A DNA stretch of 64,000 nt from Lophium mytilinum (taxonomy: Eukaryota), in assembly GCA_010093605.1 (NCBI GenBank), contig MU004184.1, positions 1,064,801 through 1,128,800 of the forward strand, given 5' to 3'. The translations under genes and the position numbers were made by a program. How positions within the stretch are numbered: position 1 is the stretch's first letter; every line of letters begins with the position of its first letter. Under the pieces are notes generated by a model that made no database searches, was not told the DNA's origin, and saw nothing but the letters and a program-made list of their open reading frames with translations. This document shows, in pieces, positions 34,240-46,970 of the stretch.

Positions 34240-35518
34240 TCACCTGTTCTTGCAATAGGTCCTCTGAGACATACTTAATTTCTGAGGACCGCAAAGTGAC
34301 AAGCTTCGATAGGCATGTTCTGCAGCACCATTGGCGGCTACGAAGATTGGATAGTCGGAGTAAAACACCGCATCATCGGACCCATCGCGTCTTAGCAGAT
34401 CATAGACCTCTCGCACAAACCGCTCGTTCAGAGCACTCTCTCCTTGCAGAATAACCTTGTCGATGGGGTCCGGGAGCTGCCTCTGTATGACGAACCGGAT
34501 TTGTGTGCGAATCTTGTTCCAGTACACTTCTGCTGTTGGCTCAGTGGCGGGGATACTGTCAGATCCAACATCGAAATCGACTGTATAGGTATCCCATCGA
34601 AGATCTGCGCACTTGGACCAGTCGTACGAGTTGGAAAGCCTTCCTGCGTGGACTTGCAGGCCTTTTCTGGAATAAAACAGAGACAGAACCGTTAACCAAG
34701 GCATAGGGTGCATCTCTTTGTGGCACTCATCGACATCGGTGAAGTTTTGGCAAAGACCAAGGCCAATTCCAGCATATGCAGACCATAGCTCAAACTGCAC
34801 AGGACATCCCTGACAAACTTCAACGTATTCAAGACCGACGTACTCCAAAGCATCTTCCATGTCTTCGTGGTACAGTGCGCGCAATTCAGGCCTTGTGGTC
34901 ACGACATGCTTGATTTCATGGCCAAGTTTCTGTTCGGTTGCGTAGCGGAGCTGTCGAATCATGCGGCCGATGTAGCCGACTTCTGGACTTGCCGGTAGGC
35001 CTAGCTTTTTTCGGAAACGGCGCAGCGCCATTCGGCGCCAGTCCAATAGGGGGCCCATTATCTGGTCGCAGTATGGTGTACTGAGGAAATTTGATCAGCT
35101 TTGGAGGAAAAAGTTAAGGGATATACAGACTGCAGATGTCGTGAAGACATTAAAGACATATAATCCATATTCCTCACATAATCTGGTGTACCATCTATTT
35201 TGGCGACAGGCTCGTAGGAGCCATTGGCCCATCGAATAACGGCGGTTCTGGTTAGGTTAGAGACGCCATTGAGTTGCTCTAGATCATCAAAATAACGACT
35301 CAGCACTACATCTTACACTGCTAGACTTACCCGTATGAAAGGGAGATGTCGAAGCCGACAGAGTACGGTAAAACATCGCAATCGGCCTCAGAAGGCTCGT
35401 ATGTCAAAGGAATCTCAGAAGCTATTCTGGAGCCTATTGAGCTTACAACAAGTAAAGCAAAGACGGCAATGGCCTTAACAGAGAATGGGGTTGATGTGGT
35501 GAGCCACAGGGACGACAT
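34240..35518 (-). CDS. Conserved fungal hypothetical protein (possibly degenerate actin/Hsp70-like fold)
   Basis: Exons 35518-35331, 35247-35131, 35080-34240. Motifs VGFDISLSYGTAV, RKKLGLPAS, VILQGES, FVAANGAAE. Confidence 0.7.
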
Positions 35519-36338
35519 GATCCAAAGTTGCTATCGAGATCAAGCAAGATGAGCGTTTCCTGGATGAGTCTTGAACGAGGATAACCAGCACATGCCCACC
35601 GAGCATACGTGGAAGTGTCAGTGGGTTGTCCTTCGCCGTATACGCCGCGAGGCTAAGTCTGAAGTACGTGCCGCATTGCTGTCTGCTTGGAACATAATCG
35701 TTACTCGCCGCAATCGTGCAGAGGATCCGAGACACGCCAACGCAGTGGCACAGCAGCGTCAGAATTTCAGCAACAGGGACTGCGCAGGGTGCTGCAAGTT
35801 TCGGAGACCTTGGAGCTTTGTTGCTGCCGATATTACAAAGCATCAGGTGGTGAAGGTATGGAATGAGCGTGGTCGAGAGATGATGGCTCCCTGGAATACG
35901 CTTCCCCAAAACGGAAAGGTCGTATCATATAAAGGCGTAGAGCTAATCTTCGTCTCATCGCTTCCTTGTCTAGTTAGCGCCGTATCGCTCCTTCGTAAGC
36001 AAAATCACATCCCTCTGCCGTGCCTTCGACACTCCTGTGGCTCTAGAAGATAGTGATATTCACGAGGCTGTATCTACGGAAGCGCCGGAGGACTCTCTTC
36101 GTTGCTAAATATCATGGACGCCACGGCAGCTAGGTACTTTAGAGTCCATTTAAGCCCATTATACAGACACCCGTCTCCCTTTCTTCAGCCAGGCTGTGGC
36201 ATTGCACTGCCTTCTCTTGGCATCCACCTCTTTTCTCTTGGGCTCGAACAGGCTCCAAAACTTCTTAGACCCCATGAATCTCCGTTGCCTCTTCCTCTGC
36301 TCCTGTGGGATTCAACCGCAGTTCATCCTCCGTTCACA

Positions 36339-36888
36339 ATGCGTTTCCTGTTTACTTTGCTCGGCTATGCCGGAATAGTATCATTAAACCTAACCCCTAA
36401 CGTGTGGGTTAGAAGCTCCGAAGCTCCGAAGCTTCTCACCCTCTACGCTACCGACCCTAATAATGTACCCCAACTTCTCGAGTCCCACAATTTTCTAACG
36501 GGTCTTTACGGAGAACGATGGGTTTATGTCATGGACTGGCTCACTCCAGAAAGGGGACATAACAGATGCACTTCAAGACCACCCCAGTCTCAGTCTGGAC
36601 AGGAAGATAGCAAAATCAAAACTTTCTCTCGTTAAACGCGATGATCCTTACTATATCGCTATCCCAAAAGATTCCGAAGATTACGCACAGACCAAGGCGA
36701 CGCGAGAATTCCTGAACTCGGAGGTTAAGAACCCAAGCAAAGAGATTGTTGAGATTCACTTGCCTGGCACCGGCCACGTTATCGCCTGGGGTTGCTTACA
36801 ATTAACCGGTGAAGCGAAGGTGGAGGTGGAAGGGTATATAGGTGTTGAGGCTCCCTTAGGCGATGACAGTGAAGTATGGGATGATTGA
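36339..36888 (+). pseudogene. Frameshifted secreted protein fragment
   Basis: The signal-like MRFLFTLLGY frame gives way to a second frame (KRDDPYYIAIPKD...TKATREFL...VIAWG) near 36530-36560 with no canonical intron. Confidence 0.4.
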
Positions 36889-37233
36889 GCACTCAAAGTG
36901 CCACTAACCACGGAGATGGAGATACGGAAATGCAGGTGGAAAAACGAAGCGGTGGGCACGGAGGTCGACAGGGATATCTGAATCGTGGAGGATATTGATT
37001 GTTCGGGTCACCAGCATGTGGCAAGTACTGGGTTAGGCCTCATAGGTTTTCTTTCGCTCTTCAATGCTGCATGCGGTGCTGCATAGGAGAGTAGTTCATT
37101 AGCATGGATCTAAAGAAACCTGACTCGAGATATGGATGAATTGCTCGATACTATCACTGTTAACGTTTATTCCCAATGATACACCCCCTAAATCGAGATC
37201 TCCAGGATTCATCCATCCAGCCACAAAATCACC

Positions 37234-37956
37234 TCATTTCACCACCGCAAACAAAAACCCATCATAATTCTTCTCCCCAACCGTCTGCAAGACAGTTGCA
37301 TCCAGTCTAGGATCCTTACCCACATTCTCCACCACCCTCCTCCCACCCAACACCCTCTCATCCTCCGTCTTATCATTCGCCAACTCCCCCTTCCTCACCA
37401 CATTATCCACAATCAGGCACGCCCCGCTGCGGCTCATGCCCGCGGCAATATCCGCATACGCCCAATTGTTCTCCTTATCCGCATCGATGAACACGAGATC
37501 GAACTTCTCCCGCTTCCCAGCCTGCACCTCCGCCGCCAGCTTCGGCAGAACGTCGAGGCCCGCTCCAACCAACACCTCGGTACGCTCGCCCACGCCTGCT
37601 TTCTGGAGGCTCTCTTCCGCTACGGCCGCATGCGCGGGGCTGATCTCGATGGAGGTGACGCGGGTGGTGGGCGTGGCGGACGCGAGCCAGAGCGTTGAGT
37701 AGCCGCCGAGGGTGCCGACCTCGAGGACGCGTTGGGCGGATATGAGGCGAGCGGTCAGCATGAGATGCTTGCCTTGAGAAGCGGAGACGGCGATGTCGGG
37801 GAGGCCATTGGTCGACGAGTTGGTGAGGGTTGCGGTGAGGGAGGCGGGGGAGGGGATGGTGTTGTGGAGGTGGCTGGTTACGTATTTGTCGACGGCTGTC
37901 CAGCGAGCGTCGTGTTCGAAGGTTTGAGGGGTGTAGGGATCTTGAGGTGGGGCCAT
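37234..37956 (-). CDS. SAM-dependent O-methyltransferase, family 3 (CCoAOMT/COMT-like)
   Basis: VLEVGTLGGYST, FDLVFIDADK, IVDNVVR, KNYDGF. Confidence 0.93.
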   Translation of the reverse strand: MAPPQDPYTPQTFEHDARWTAVDKYVTSHLHNTIPSPASLTATLTNSSTNGLPDIAVSASQGKHLMLTARLISAQRVLEVGTLGGYSTLWLASATPTTRVTSIEISPAHAAVAEESLQKAGVGERTEVLVGAGLDVLPKLAAEVQAGKREKFDLVFIDADKENNWAYADIAAGMSRSGACLIVDNVVRKGELANDKTEDERVLGGRRVVENVGKDPRLDATVLQTVGEKNYDGFLFAVVK

Positions 37957-39293
37957 GGTGGTGATGGTAGACTGGAGTAGCTGTATGTAGGAGAAAAGGA
38001 GGGCGAGTAGCAGTACCGCAGGGTGCCTAGTATAGGAGGATAAGGAGGAGCTATTCACACGAGGAGTGGCGTTCAGGGTATAGCTAGGGAAACGGATCGT
38101 GGGAACTGTGTGAGTTATATATGTGAAGTCAGTCAGTAGGACCTGTAGGTGAGCTCCGAAGCGGCCTTTTAGCAGGCGGGCACATGTTTGAACAAAGAAG
38201 CTTGAGTCGGCCGCGGATAACAATAGTCGCTCAAGCCACCAGGACTGACGGCTGATGCATGCGTCAGAGGTTGGAATAGCCCCGGTTGGGTGTTCATCAT
38301 GAAAGTGGTTGAACGCGCAATTTGGGCGTGGGGGCCTGTCTTCCCCGCCGGCCGAGCAGCGCTATCACCGACGCGGCCTCCATTCACTGCTTTTTTCCTC
38401 CTACAATGACAATTATCTCCATCATCTCCATTAGGCTGGCCTCAATTCCGAGCCTCATGTTGCTCCGAGTGCTGCCTGGATGGATGCTCGGGCCCTCGGA
38501 GATAGTAAGATGCTCTCGCTGACACTTGAAGCAAATCTGTACTCTCCAATTCATGCTTCCTGTGGAATTCCTTGTCATCTGGCTGCGTACAATCCTCTTG
38601 TGCTGCTTTAAGAATTGCCTAGTTACGCTTCCACAGACCAGAGCGAGATTACGGGCTCCTGTTTTGATCAATGTAAACCCCTCATGGTACATACTTCGCA
38701 CGGCGACATGCTCAAATCGGTTCGTGAAGATTGGCGCTCAATTGGATGGCAGAGATAGTACACGCATTTGCACATACTTGTGACGAGACGCTGTGTCTCC
38801 CTTTCCCTCTCTGTCAAATTGTCATTGGATCTCTTCTCGACGCTGATATCGACGGGATTGCTGCCAAGGGTCATTGAACAAACAAGAGCAGCTATCCGTT
38901 ATTGAGGTACATGCTCATTACTGCACGCCCTGTGTTTCTTCCTTTCTTCACATTACAAGAGCACATATATGTCTTCTAGTTCAAGCGAACCATTCCAAAC
39001 TACCAATGAGTGGGTTTGATTGATAGCGACTCATATCATCTGATGAACTTCTATTCTGTAAAAGGCCGAGATGACGGGTACTACGCTCTCAGCACTACGG
39101 CCTGTAATCCCACATTGCGACCACGAGTTGCGGTGAATCATTTTTTAAGCTACTCATGGTTTCTTTCACGTATCTTGAGTTTGGTGGAAATAGACTTGTA
39201 TCATGGTCTTGCCTGGTGAAGCATATAAGGCAGCGTGTTTTCGCAAACCACCTTCAGAGTCTCATTTATCTACAGCTGCCAATCTCCAGAGCC

Positions 39294-39779
39294 ATGCTGA
39301 TAACCACTCTAAACCTCGCCGTTTGCTTTGCGGCTATCGTGACCACGTCCATCGCTTTGCCTGCTGCGGACACGACCGCGCCAGACCCCCTCTACCCTTC
39401 AATCAACACAACTACGAACGACACGACAAGCAACCCAGCACCTATGGACGACTCCACCTGCTTCCCAGGCCATATGTACTGCGGCTACGACTTTGACCGC
39501 TATAGTAAGTCACACTTCCCATGCCCTCATATATGTTGGCCTGACTCTTATCGTCCCAATTCTAAAGAGGAATATGTCACCTACATGCTGGTTCGCCTTT
39601 GCAAAGAACGAGATCTCTGTGATGACTCCGACACCTACAGCCTCTTGGAGCGCTCAATGTGGAAATGCCTAGACCCGAGCGACAACCCGTTTCCTTGGTT
39701 GAATCTTAAACTTGAAGCTGTGTGCGATCGAGCATGCGTATCTTACCCTGGGTGGACTGTTGCCTGTATTGGATACTGA
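39294..39779 (+). CDS. Small secreted cysteine-rich protein (effector-like)
   Basis: Signal peptide MLITTLNLAVCFAAIVTTSIA, T-rich linker, 8 Cys in the mature part after removing intron 39505-39567. Confidence 0.75.
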   Translation: MLITTLNLAVCFAAIVTTSIALPAADTTAPDPLYPSINTTTNDTTSNPAPMDDSTCFPGHMYCGYDFDRYSKSHFPCPHICWPDSYRPNSKEEYVTYMLVRLCKERDLCDDSDTYSLLERSMWKCLDPSDNPFPWLNLKLEAVCDRACVSYPGWTVACIGY

Positions 39780-40668
39780 AGGATTTTGGTAGCACCAATG
39801 GCAGTGTTGGAGTGGGTATGGCGTAGGTAAAATGGTGGTATCAGCGATGGTTTGATCTGGATGCTTTCTTGAGGTTCCCGGACAGATTAGTTCTCTGGAG
39901 TGCTTCCAAAGCCGTGAACTCCATATGCTGAACTGATACCTAGATGTTACATGTTCGATATGCTTCATAAAATACAGTTCACCTTGAGCCCTACCTTGAT
40001 CCCCCCTTGAACATGTACCCATCCCAGGATGAGGATTAGCAACAACAAGACTGGCAAAGTAAATAGATTCGGAAACAAGGGCTTCAAGACATGCAATTCG
40101 CCTTTGGCTGGGACTTTGACATATTTTGTGGTGATACATCTCCTATACCAGAGCTTCGATGGGGAGATCAGTGTGCTAATTGACTTGCGCGAGATATTCA
40201 GGTTCAGGTAAGAGTGGAATGAGCGCATCTGTCAAATGATATCTAAAGCTGACTGGAACATAGGAAATATACAAAGGAGGGCCGAAAATTCGGAACCTAT
40301 TAAGAAAAGACGAGAAAGTAGCGAGAGTGTAGACCAGCAAAGCACGTGTAGCACTAGAGACGTTGCTAGGTTGAACAGCCAGTGTCAATCGGGCGCCTGA
40401 AAAGGGAAAAACTCAATGAAAACCTTGGGGAAGAACGTCGAAGAAGATGTTGCGAGATCGGGGGTACTTGGTACGCAGCGTTGCAAAATGGAGTATGAAC
40501 GCTAAGTCTTAACGATAGGACCTGCTGTTCTTGACGCTAGATGCGGGGCAAGCGATAGAAAAACTTTTAAACGGCAACGAATGAGCCGAAAATACGGGAG
40601 AGAACATCATCAAGATGGGAGGACCGAAGATGCGCTTGGCGGGCGGAAGTGGAGGTCGACGAGGCTGC

Positions 40669-41335
40669 CTATCTGCTAGGAGGTTGCTCCCAGTTGCGTA
40701 GCATATGTCCGAGTGCCCAATTCCATTCCGCGACAAAAGCATTGGTGAGTTGTGCAACGCTTTCTGAGGTCGGTTGCCGATTGCCCCACATCGTGGGTTG
40801 TGAGGCTTGATACTGTGCATAGTATGGAATCAGACCACTATAATATGTTAGCGTCCTGGATGACGGCCTTCCTGATTGCTTCATAGAGTTTCAACTTACT
40901 CGGTCTGCACCTTGCTCAATACCAACCAGCAAAAGTTCCAACTGCGATTGCTATTCGGATCGGAGTACACTCGGCGCTTGGCCTCCTCCAAAACCTCGGC
41001 ACTGGTAATAATGTAAGCGGGGCCAACACGAGTGACAAAAAGGATTGTATGTACATACCTGAAGGGGTAGTTTTTCGTAAGTGCCCGCAGTTCTGTGAGC
41101 AAATTGTGGGAATTGACGTAATAGGACCCTATGGATTGGTTAGTAATTGCTTTCAATCGCTATGATCGATTAACGTCAGCTTACAGGCAGAAGTCATGGG
41201 TTCAGTGACATCTGGCGAGCCAAGTAGAGCGAAAGCCTTCTCAATGCGTCTGAGTTCAAGCAGCGTGTTGATTCTACGCGCGCGCAGAGCTGAGATCAGT
41301 TGGTCCTTTTCAGCCTGTTGATTCGAATTAGCCAT
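40669..41335 (-). CDS. Conserved fungal hypothetical protein (4 exons)
   Basis: Three canonical introns join RARRINTLLELRRIE / WSYYVNSHNLLTELRALTKNYPFS / EEAKRRVYSDPNSNRSWNFCWLVL / AFVAEWNWAL in one frame. Confidence 0.8.
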
Positions 41336-41339
41336 GCTG

Positions 41340-41882
41340 CTAAGTCGTACGAGAGGTGTGCAGATTCAATGCATATGAGTGATGAACACTTAAGATATCC
41401 AAACATACCAATGAGATTTTTCGTGAGTCTGACATAGTGTCGAAAGTGGGAAGCTTATACGGACGAGCCGGCGGGATGCTGTACTCTGAGTCTTGGGATG
41501 ATGTTGAGTAGATAGACATAAATATTGGTGTTGGCCAGTCTCTAATATCCGCACGAGATTGCACCGATTGTGATTCTGACGGAGAGTCTGTAGCTAGACT
41601 GATAGGGACGGTTTGCGAGGGAAGGACTTGTGATGGAGGGACTGGTGGTAGCTCAGGACTTGGAAGTGTGTCAAGACTTGGGATAGTTGTCGAGTCAAAA
41701 TACAGATCAGGGTCGTTGAGCCGGTCTAAATTTGGGCCAGGAAGAAGATTTCTTCGACTTCGGGTTTCGGTTCTGCCAGGGACTGTAAGGTAGCTTGAAG
41801 GTGGTATAATGCGATGAGGAGATGAACGCTGAGATGCTTGTGGAGTTGATGTGGGAGGATCTTCTTGCTGTGGTGAAGTCAT
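41340..41882 (-). CDS. Pro/Ser-rich upstream ORF or orphan
   Basis: 180-codon low-complexity ORF ending 4 nt before the next ATG; out of frame with it even if spliced. Confidence 0.25.
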   Translation of the reverse strand: MTSPQQEDPPTSTPQASQRSSPHRIIPPSSYLTVPGRTETRSRRNLLPGPNLDRLNDPDLYFDSTTIPSLDTLPSPELPPVPPSQVLPSQTVPISLATDSPSESQSVQSRADIRDWPTPIFMSIYSTSSQDSEYSIPPARPYKLPTFDTMSDSRKISLVCLDILSVHHSYALNLHTSRTT

Positions 41883-44800
41883 GGTAGCGGTCCTTCCATC
41901 GCCCTATATACATATTTGTACGCTGGGCATGCCGTGAGATTAAGCTGATATTAAGAACACCAAGCCTTTGACATTGAACGAATGAGATACTAGACCCAAC
42001 AACCTTAACGAAGCCCCGGCGCAGCCTAAAAGCCCCACGAGGGCGCCATGGGTCACTACCAGGTGAGGTGAAACCTTGCCGCAATACGAAGTGTGGGTGG
42101 GAACATAGCTGAACCACAACGCCTGTTGGGGAGTGCAAGACTAACTCGTATGAGTCGGCGGGACATGACGGAAAAGGAAGAGGCTACATTCAGCCTTGAT
42201 GAATGGAGAGGTGTGATTTGATTACTGAGAATAAGAATGGAACTAATCCTTGGACTGGGTGATCTCCCGCAGGTTGTATAGGAAGACATGGCAGAGCTAA
42301 GGCAGACATCAGCCACTGGGAAGCCACGAGTGGCTCAAGAGTATGCGGCGCTTGGGATGATCATGACGCTGATGCTCAGTGCAGCGTCGCGCCACGCTTC
42401 AGACGTACGAGGAATTCATGTCCGCCATGGGATTGGGCGCGCCAAGAAGTGTGGATGACCGCGGAGAGTGAGCGTTAGCGGAGATGGCTCCCGAAAGAGG
42501 CGCCCAGAGCCCGTGCAGATGGGATGTTGCTCCAAAGGAGGGCCCCAGGCAACGGGAATGAGTTCGGAAGGGCGCATGGCTAATTTTCATAACAGTTTGC
42601 AAGCGTCAGCAGCTGGTCCGAGACTTGGGCGGGTGGAGCTGGCAGTTGCCATTGCCGCGCACTTAGATGCAGATACAGAGGGGCGGGTCGGGGCCATGTC
42701 TGGGGATCAGATGCGCGATGGTGATAAAGCTTCGGCCATGGTGTTGAAGGCTGGTGCTGACAGCGGAACAGCCCTAAGCGACGTCTGGCATCAACAGCCA
42801 CACTATTCATATCCTCATCGGGCAAAGCGCCAACATGTGCCACTCTCCATTTAGTAAAGCTTCAGTCAGTGCCACAGATGGCGTCGGCCAGGGCCGCCTT
42901 GGCCGCCTCAGCGGTGCTCAGCCTCACAAACTCCACCGCAACTCCACGAACTCTACCTACCTCCCTCACCGCGCACCCACGGCTCGTCGCGGAGCACTTC
43001 GTTCTCAAGAGAGGGAAACCATCTTTTCGTATCCGTCATGTGCTCGGCCGGTTTATTTATGAAGACGCTCGTGCTGTCATTGAAAGGAGCCCGTCATGAA
43101 TCCCGCAAGGCACAAGGGCACGATGGATCCATGAAACGGAGCCTACACCTTCACCGGTGGCCTCAATACTGACCCCAGTGTCTAGGCATGCGGCTGAAGA
43201 TTGTAGCGGCGGGATCACAAACAACCTAGAAATCCACTGCCGATCCTAGCAGCGGCATATTCTCCGACACTGACAGAAGCTGGCATGCACATGTCCACCC
43301 ACTCCCCCCTGCTTTGGCTGAGAGGCTTTGCGTCAGCCACCATGTCCGTGTGCCACATTAGATCATGATCGTGCTCCATCGAGCAGTCCCTCCGTGCTAT
43401 ACGCTTGAACCCGACCAGCTGATGCACCAAGTCACCGCTGGGCTGAATAACGTTTTATAGTTGCCCAATAGCGGCCAGGTACTGACAGCTAAGCATCGGT
43501 GATCGTCCGGTCATGGAGATCAATAAGCACTCACTCTCACCTGATGTCCTTGTTTCCTGTCGTCCAATCTCTGATTCTGTTTCTCCCAAGCGTTTCAGCC
43601 TCAACCAAATCCCACGCCTCAGCTTAAGGTTGTATTTTAGCTCCCTGCTAGCGGTACTACGCCAGCCTATCGCTGTCGTCAGATGTGCCTGTACCTCTCT
43701 CGAAGAGCCATGGGTATGGATCTGTCATGTTGGAGCCTCCCTCACTGCGGCCTAAGGAAGTCTTTCCTCCTCGATACTTCAGGCGAACATCTACGAGGTT
43801 TCCATTGGCAAATGTCATTCGATTTTGTTCTAATTGCGTTCGCGGAGTGAGCGAGTGAGATCACTTTGGGAAAAATTACAAATACCCCCATCATTCAAAC
43901 CAGTCTTCACAAGCAGCAATTGTGGGTAGAGATCTTGGCTCTGAGTAATTCTCCAACAGCACTTGAACCGATATTAGTGGACTGGTAAGCGATATGGCTC
44001 GTGAGCTGTTAGCGCCTCCCTCTAGCGTAGGAATACACAGCCATCCCGCTGACAGCCCACTCCGGCCACTACCTCTACAGCACGCGCCTTCCCGACACCT
44101 CACACCATCTCCCGAGAAATCCGAACTCTGCGCCATAACTGTGGGTTTGGCTGCCACTGAACGTGGCCCCATGAACGTGGCCCCCATGAACGAACAGATG
44201 TTGGTGCCTGTGGGGTAGGCTTAGGAAATTTGTCCGCCTTCAGCTAATCTTCCGGCAGAGGCTCACCGGAACCTCTCCGATCTACGCTAGGAATGGGGTC
44301 TTGCATCTGAATCAGTATCCTGGAACCATTGGACACGAAGCGGTCATTCAGCACATGGGACTTTGCCCTTGATGGCTGGGGTCACTCATTTTGGACTCAC
44401 TCTCCGAACTCCTTAGCTACGCGGTTGGGAAAAGCGATCGTCCTGACGAAGAAAGGGAAGCTTTCTAAGCCTAAGAAGTATAAACCACTGGGTTCTGGAA
44501 ACCAAAAGGCGAAAGAACGAAATGGGATCTTAATTTTGTTGATTACCGAAGTCATCATTCGACATCTTGGGCAAGATATCCTAGCTATGATTGAGCGCGG
44601 AATAATTTAGAAATGTGTAAAGCGTCTATTTTATGTAAACTGATCACGAAAATATCCTCCGCAGAGCCAATGACAACAAGCATAATTTTATTCAGGCTCC
44701 TGCCATTGGTCAGATAATTTGAGGGATCATCACGGAACCTTGAAAATACTACATTATGTATATATCTTGATGCAAAGTATAGTGATGATGTATAAACGTG

Positions 44801-45098
44801 TTTGATCGGTGCAAAGAAGCCGATACTAAACGGCGTGTATGCTGACAGTCAATAAGTGAAGGCTTTTTCTGTTCTCGAGCCACAACCACCCGTGGACCGA
44901 GAGGCGCCAAGCCTGACGTCTGCAGCTCCAACTTCCTCGTCACCCTTACAAACACCCAACAACCCCTTGCTATCGCTCGATTGCTTGTGTGATCCTTATG
45001 GGAGTGTGCACTTGTATCTCTCCTCCTGCCTTGAAAGGGCATTGCTCGCGCCTCCCGCTCGTCGGTAGCTCTTCTTCTCCCGACGCCTCTAACCCACG

Positions 45099-46970
45099 AT
45101 GAAGCGCCACTCGAAGCCGGGCATGGAGCCCCGTCGGAAGTCCTCCACATTGCACTATCAAACCTTCCCTACCAAGCCTCCATCAAACCGGGGCCGACCA
45201 ATATCCGAATCTCCTCCTCCTCATAATGGCGGCCACAGCCATGGATCCGAGTCCGAGGAAGGCCACCACGAGTCCCCACTCCCGAAGAAACAGCTCGCAA
45301 TACTGGCCGTGATAGCTTTGGCAGAGCAGACAGCCCTCAACTCCATAAGCCCGTATCTGCCCGAGATGGCGTCTACATTCCCCGAAGTGGAGGACTCACA
45401 AGTGGGGCTATACGTGGGGTTGATCGCATCGTCGTTCGCGCTGGCACAGTTTGCGACAAACTTCTTCTGGGGGTGGTTGTCGGACCGGATAGGCCGGAAA
45501 CCCGTGATACTGCTGGGTACACTGCTGACAGCAGTTTGTTTTGTTGCTTTCGGGTTCTGCAGGACGCTGTGGCAGGCTATCGTCATACAAATGCTCATGG
45601 GTTTCGTCAACGGCAATGCGGGCGTTGTGTCGACGTGTCTGGGCGAGATCACGGACCGCAGCAATCAGTCGAAAGCCTTTACCTATCTCCCGGTTGTGTA
45701 TGGCATTGGTGGTATAACGGGACCCATCGTGGGCGGGTTGATGGTGTTGAAGACGAACCCGTTGAAAAAGGGCCAACCAAATCCGTACCCATACCTGTTG
45801 CCCAACCTCTTCTCGGCCGCCGTACTGGTGATAGACTTGGTGCTTTCCATGTTTCTGCTAGAAGAGAGCTTGGAGGAAGCTCGAGAACTACCGCCACTAG
45901 GAAAACGGATAGGAAATATTTTCTCCCGGCTGTGGCAATTCACCAGCTCGACTCGGCCCACATACATGCGTCGAATGCTTGGAAAGGGAAAACGGGATAC
46001 CACTCCCAACCGGCATCTCGATGGAGTGCCCGAGGAGGACAACGATGACTCGGATCAATCCGCTTCAGCGCCTCTGCTATTCCCTGAAATACAGAGCGAG
46101 AACCTTTCAAGCAAGGAGGTGTTCAATCGCGACACAATATTGCTACTCCTCACTTATTTCATCTTCCAACTCGCAAACATCTCTTATAACTCCCTTTACC
46201 CAATATTTGCAGCCGGTCGCCCTCCAACAGGCCGCGATCTATCTCCAGAAGAGATTGGTTTCTCTCTAGCATTCGCCGGTGCCATCACCATTCTATTCCA
46301 AATCGGAATCTACGGCAAGCTGCGAGAAAAGGTCGGCAACAAGACAACCTATCGGGTCAGCTTGGCTGCGTTCGTAGTAGCATTCCTCCTGATGCCATGG
46401 GTAGGGTACAAAGACAACAGCGGCCCGAAAGGCTTGGGTAGTTCCAAAGCTTGGTTATGGGCTGAGCTTGGCGCCGTTCTGATCATCAAAACTGTTGCTG
46501 CCGTTGGCGGGCTCACTTCTGCGCTTTTGTTGGTAAGTGATTTCCTTCAAAGGCTTAGGACTTCTTACGAACATCGCGCTGACATATATGCTTCACAGAT
46601 CACGAATTCGGCTCCCAATCACAACGTCCTGGGAACCCTCAATGGCCTCGCGCAAACCCTCTCTGCTGCCGGCAGAGCGGTTGGACCATTCATCTCCGGC
46701 AGTCTCTTCACAGCTGCCGTGCACGTCCAACCCAAGGGCGAAGCACTCGCCTTCGGGATCTTTGGCGGCGTGTCCTTCATCGGGTTCCTCCTCAGCTTTG
46801 GAATCAGAGGCGAGGGTCTCGAAGCAGAAGGTTGGGACGAGGAAGAAGGGAGCGAAGCGAATTCAGACGAGGAAGAGGATGAAGACGAAGACGATTCCAC
46901 ATCGTTTCAAAGAGAGGAGGAGCCGGGATTCTTTAGCAGGATCCGCCACTCCTTCGCCGACTGGTTTTGA
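45099..46970 (+). CDS. MFS transporter (DHA1/ZIFL-like)
   Basis: Motif A WGWLSDRIGRKP, about 12 TM segments, GTLNGLAQT. In-frame intron 46533-46598. Confidence 0.93.
   Translation: MKRHSKPGMEPRRKSSTLHYQTFPTKPPSNRGRPISESPPPHNGGHSHGSESEEGHHESPLPKKQLAILAVIALAEQTALNSISPYLPEMASTFPEVEDSQVGLYVGLIASSFALAQFATNFFWGWLSDRIGRKPVILLGTLLTAVCFVAFGFCRTLWQAIVIQMLMGFVNGNAGVVSTCLGEITDRSNQSKAFTYLPVVYGIGGITGPIVGGLMVLKTNPLKKGQPNPYPYLLPNLFSAAVLVIDLVLSMFLLEESLEEARELPPLGKRIGNIFSRLWQFTSSTRPTYMRRMLGKGKRDTTPNRHLDGVPEEDNDDSDQSASAPLLFPEIQSENLSSKEVFNRDTILLLLTYFIFQLANISYNSLYPIFAAGRPPTGRDLSPEEIGFSLAFAGAITILFQIGIYGKLREKVGNKTTYRVSLAAFVVAFLLMPWVGYKDNSGPKGLGSSKAWLWAELGAVLIIKTVAAVGGLTSALLLVSDFLQRLRTSYEHRADIYASQITNSAPNHNVLGTLNGLAQTLSAAGRAVGPFISGSLFTAAVHVQPKGEALAFGIFGGVSFIGFLLSFGIRGEGLEAEGWDEEEGSEANSDEEEDEDEDDSTSFQREEEPGFFSRIRHSFADWF

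Noticed and set aside
35571..36053. 160-aa ORF as a gene
   Set aside because: No recognisable motif or splice support; overlaps the promoter of the divergent gene.
38114..38136. CTGACTG 17 nt upstream of TATAA at the O-methyltransferase gene
   Set aside because: Similar to the orphan-array module but imperfect, and the TATA register is ambiguous; may be chance.
42400..44650. Short ORFs, an intron-like segment (44215-44258) and a 14-bp duplication (~44159-44190)
   Set aside because: Could not be assembled into a coherent reading frame or family.
15732..46598. Enrichment of stop-free 3n introns (51, 81, 63, 66 nt)
   Set aside because: Four of roughly 35 short introns is about what chance predicts.
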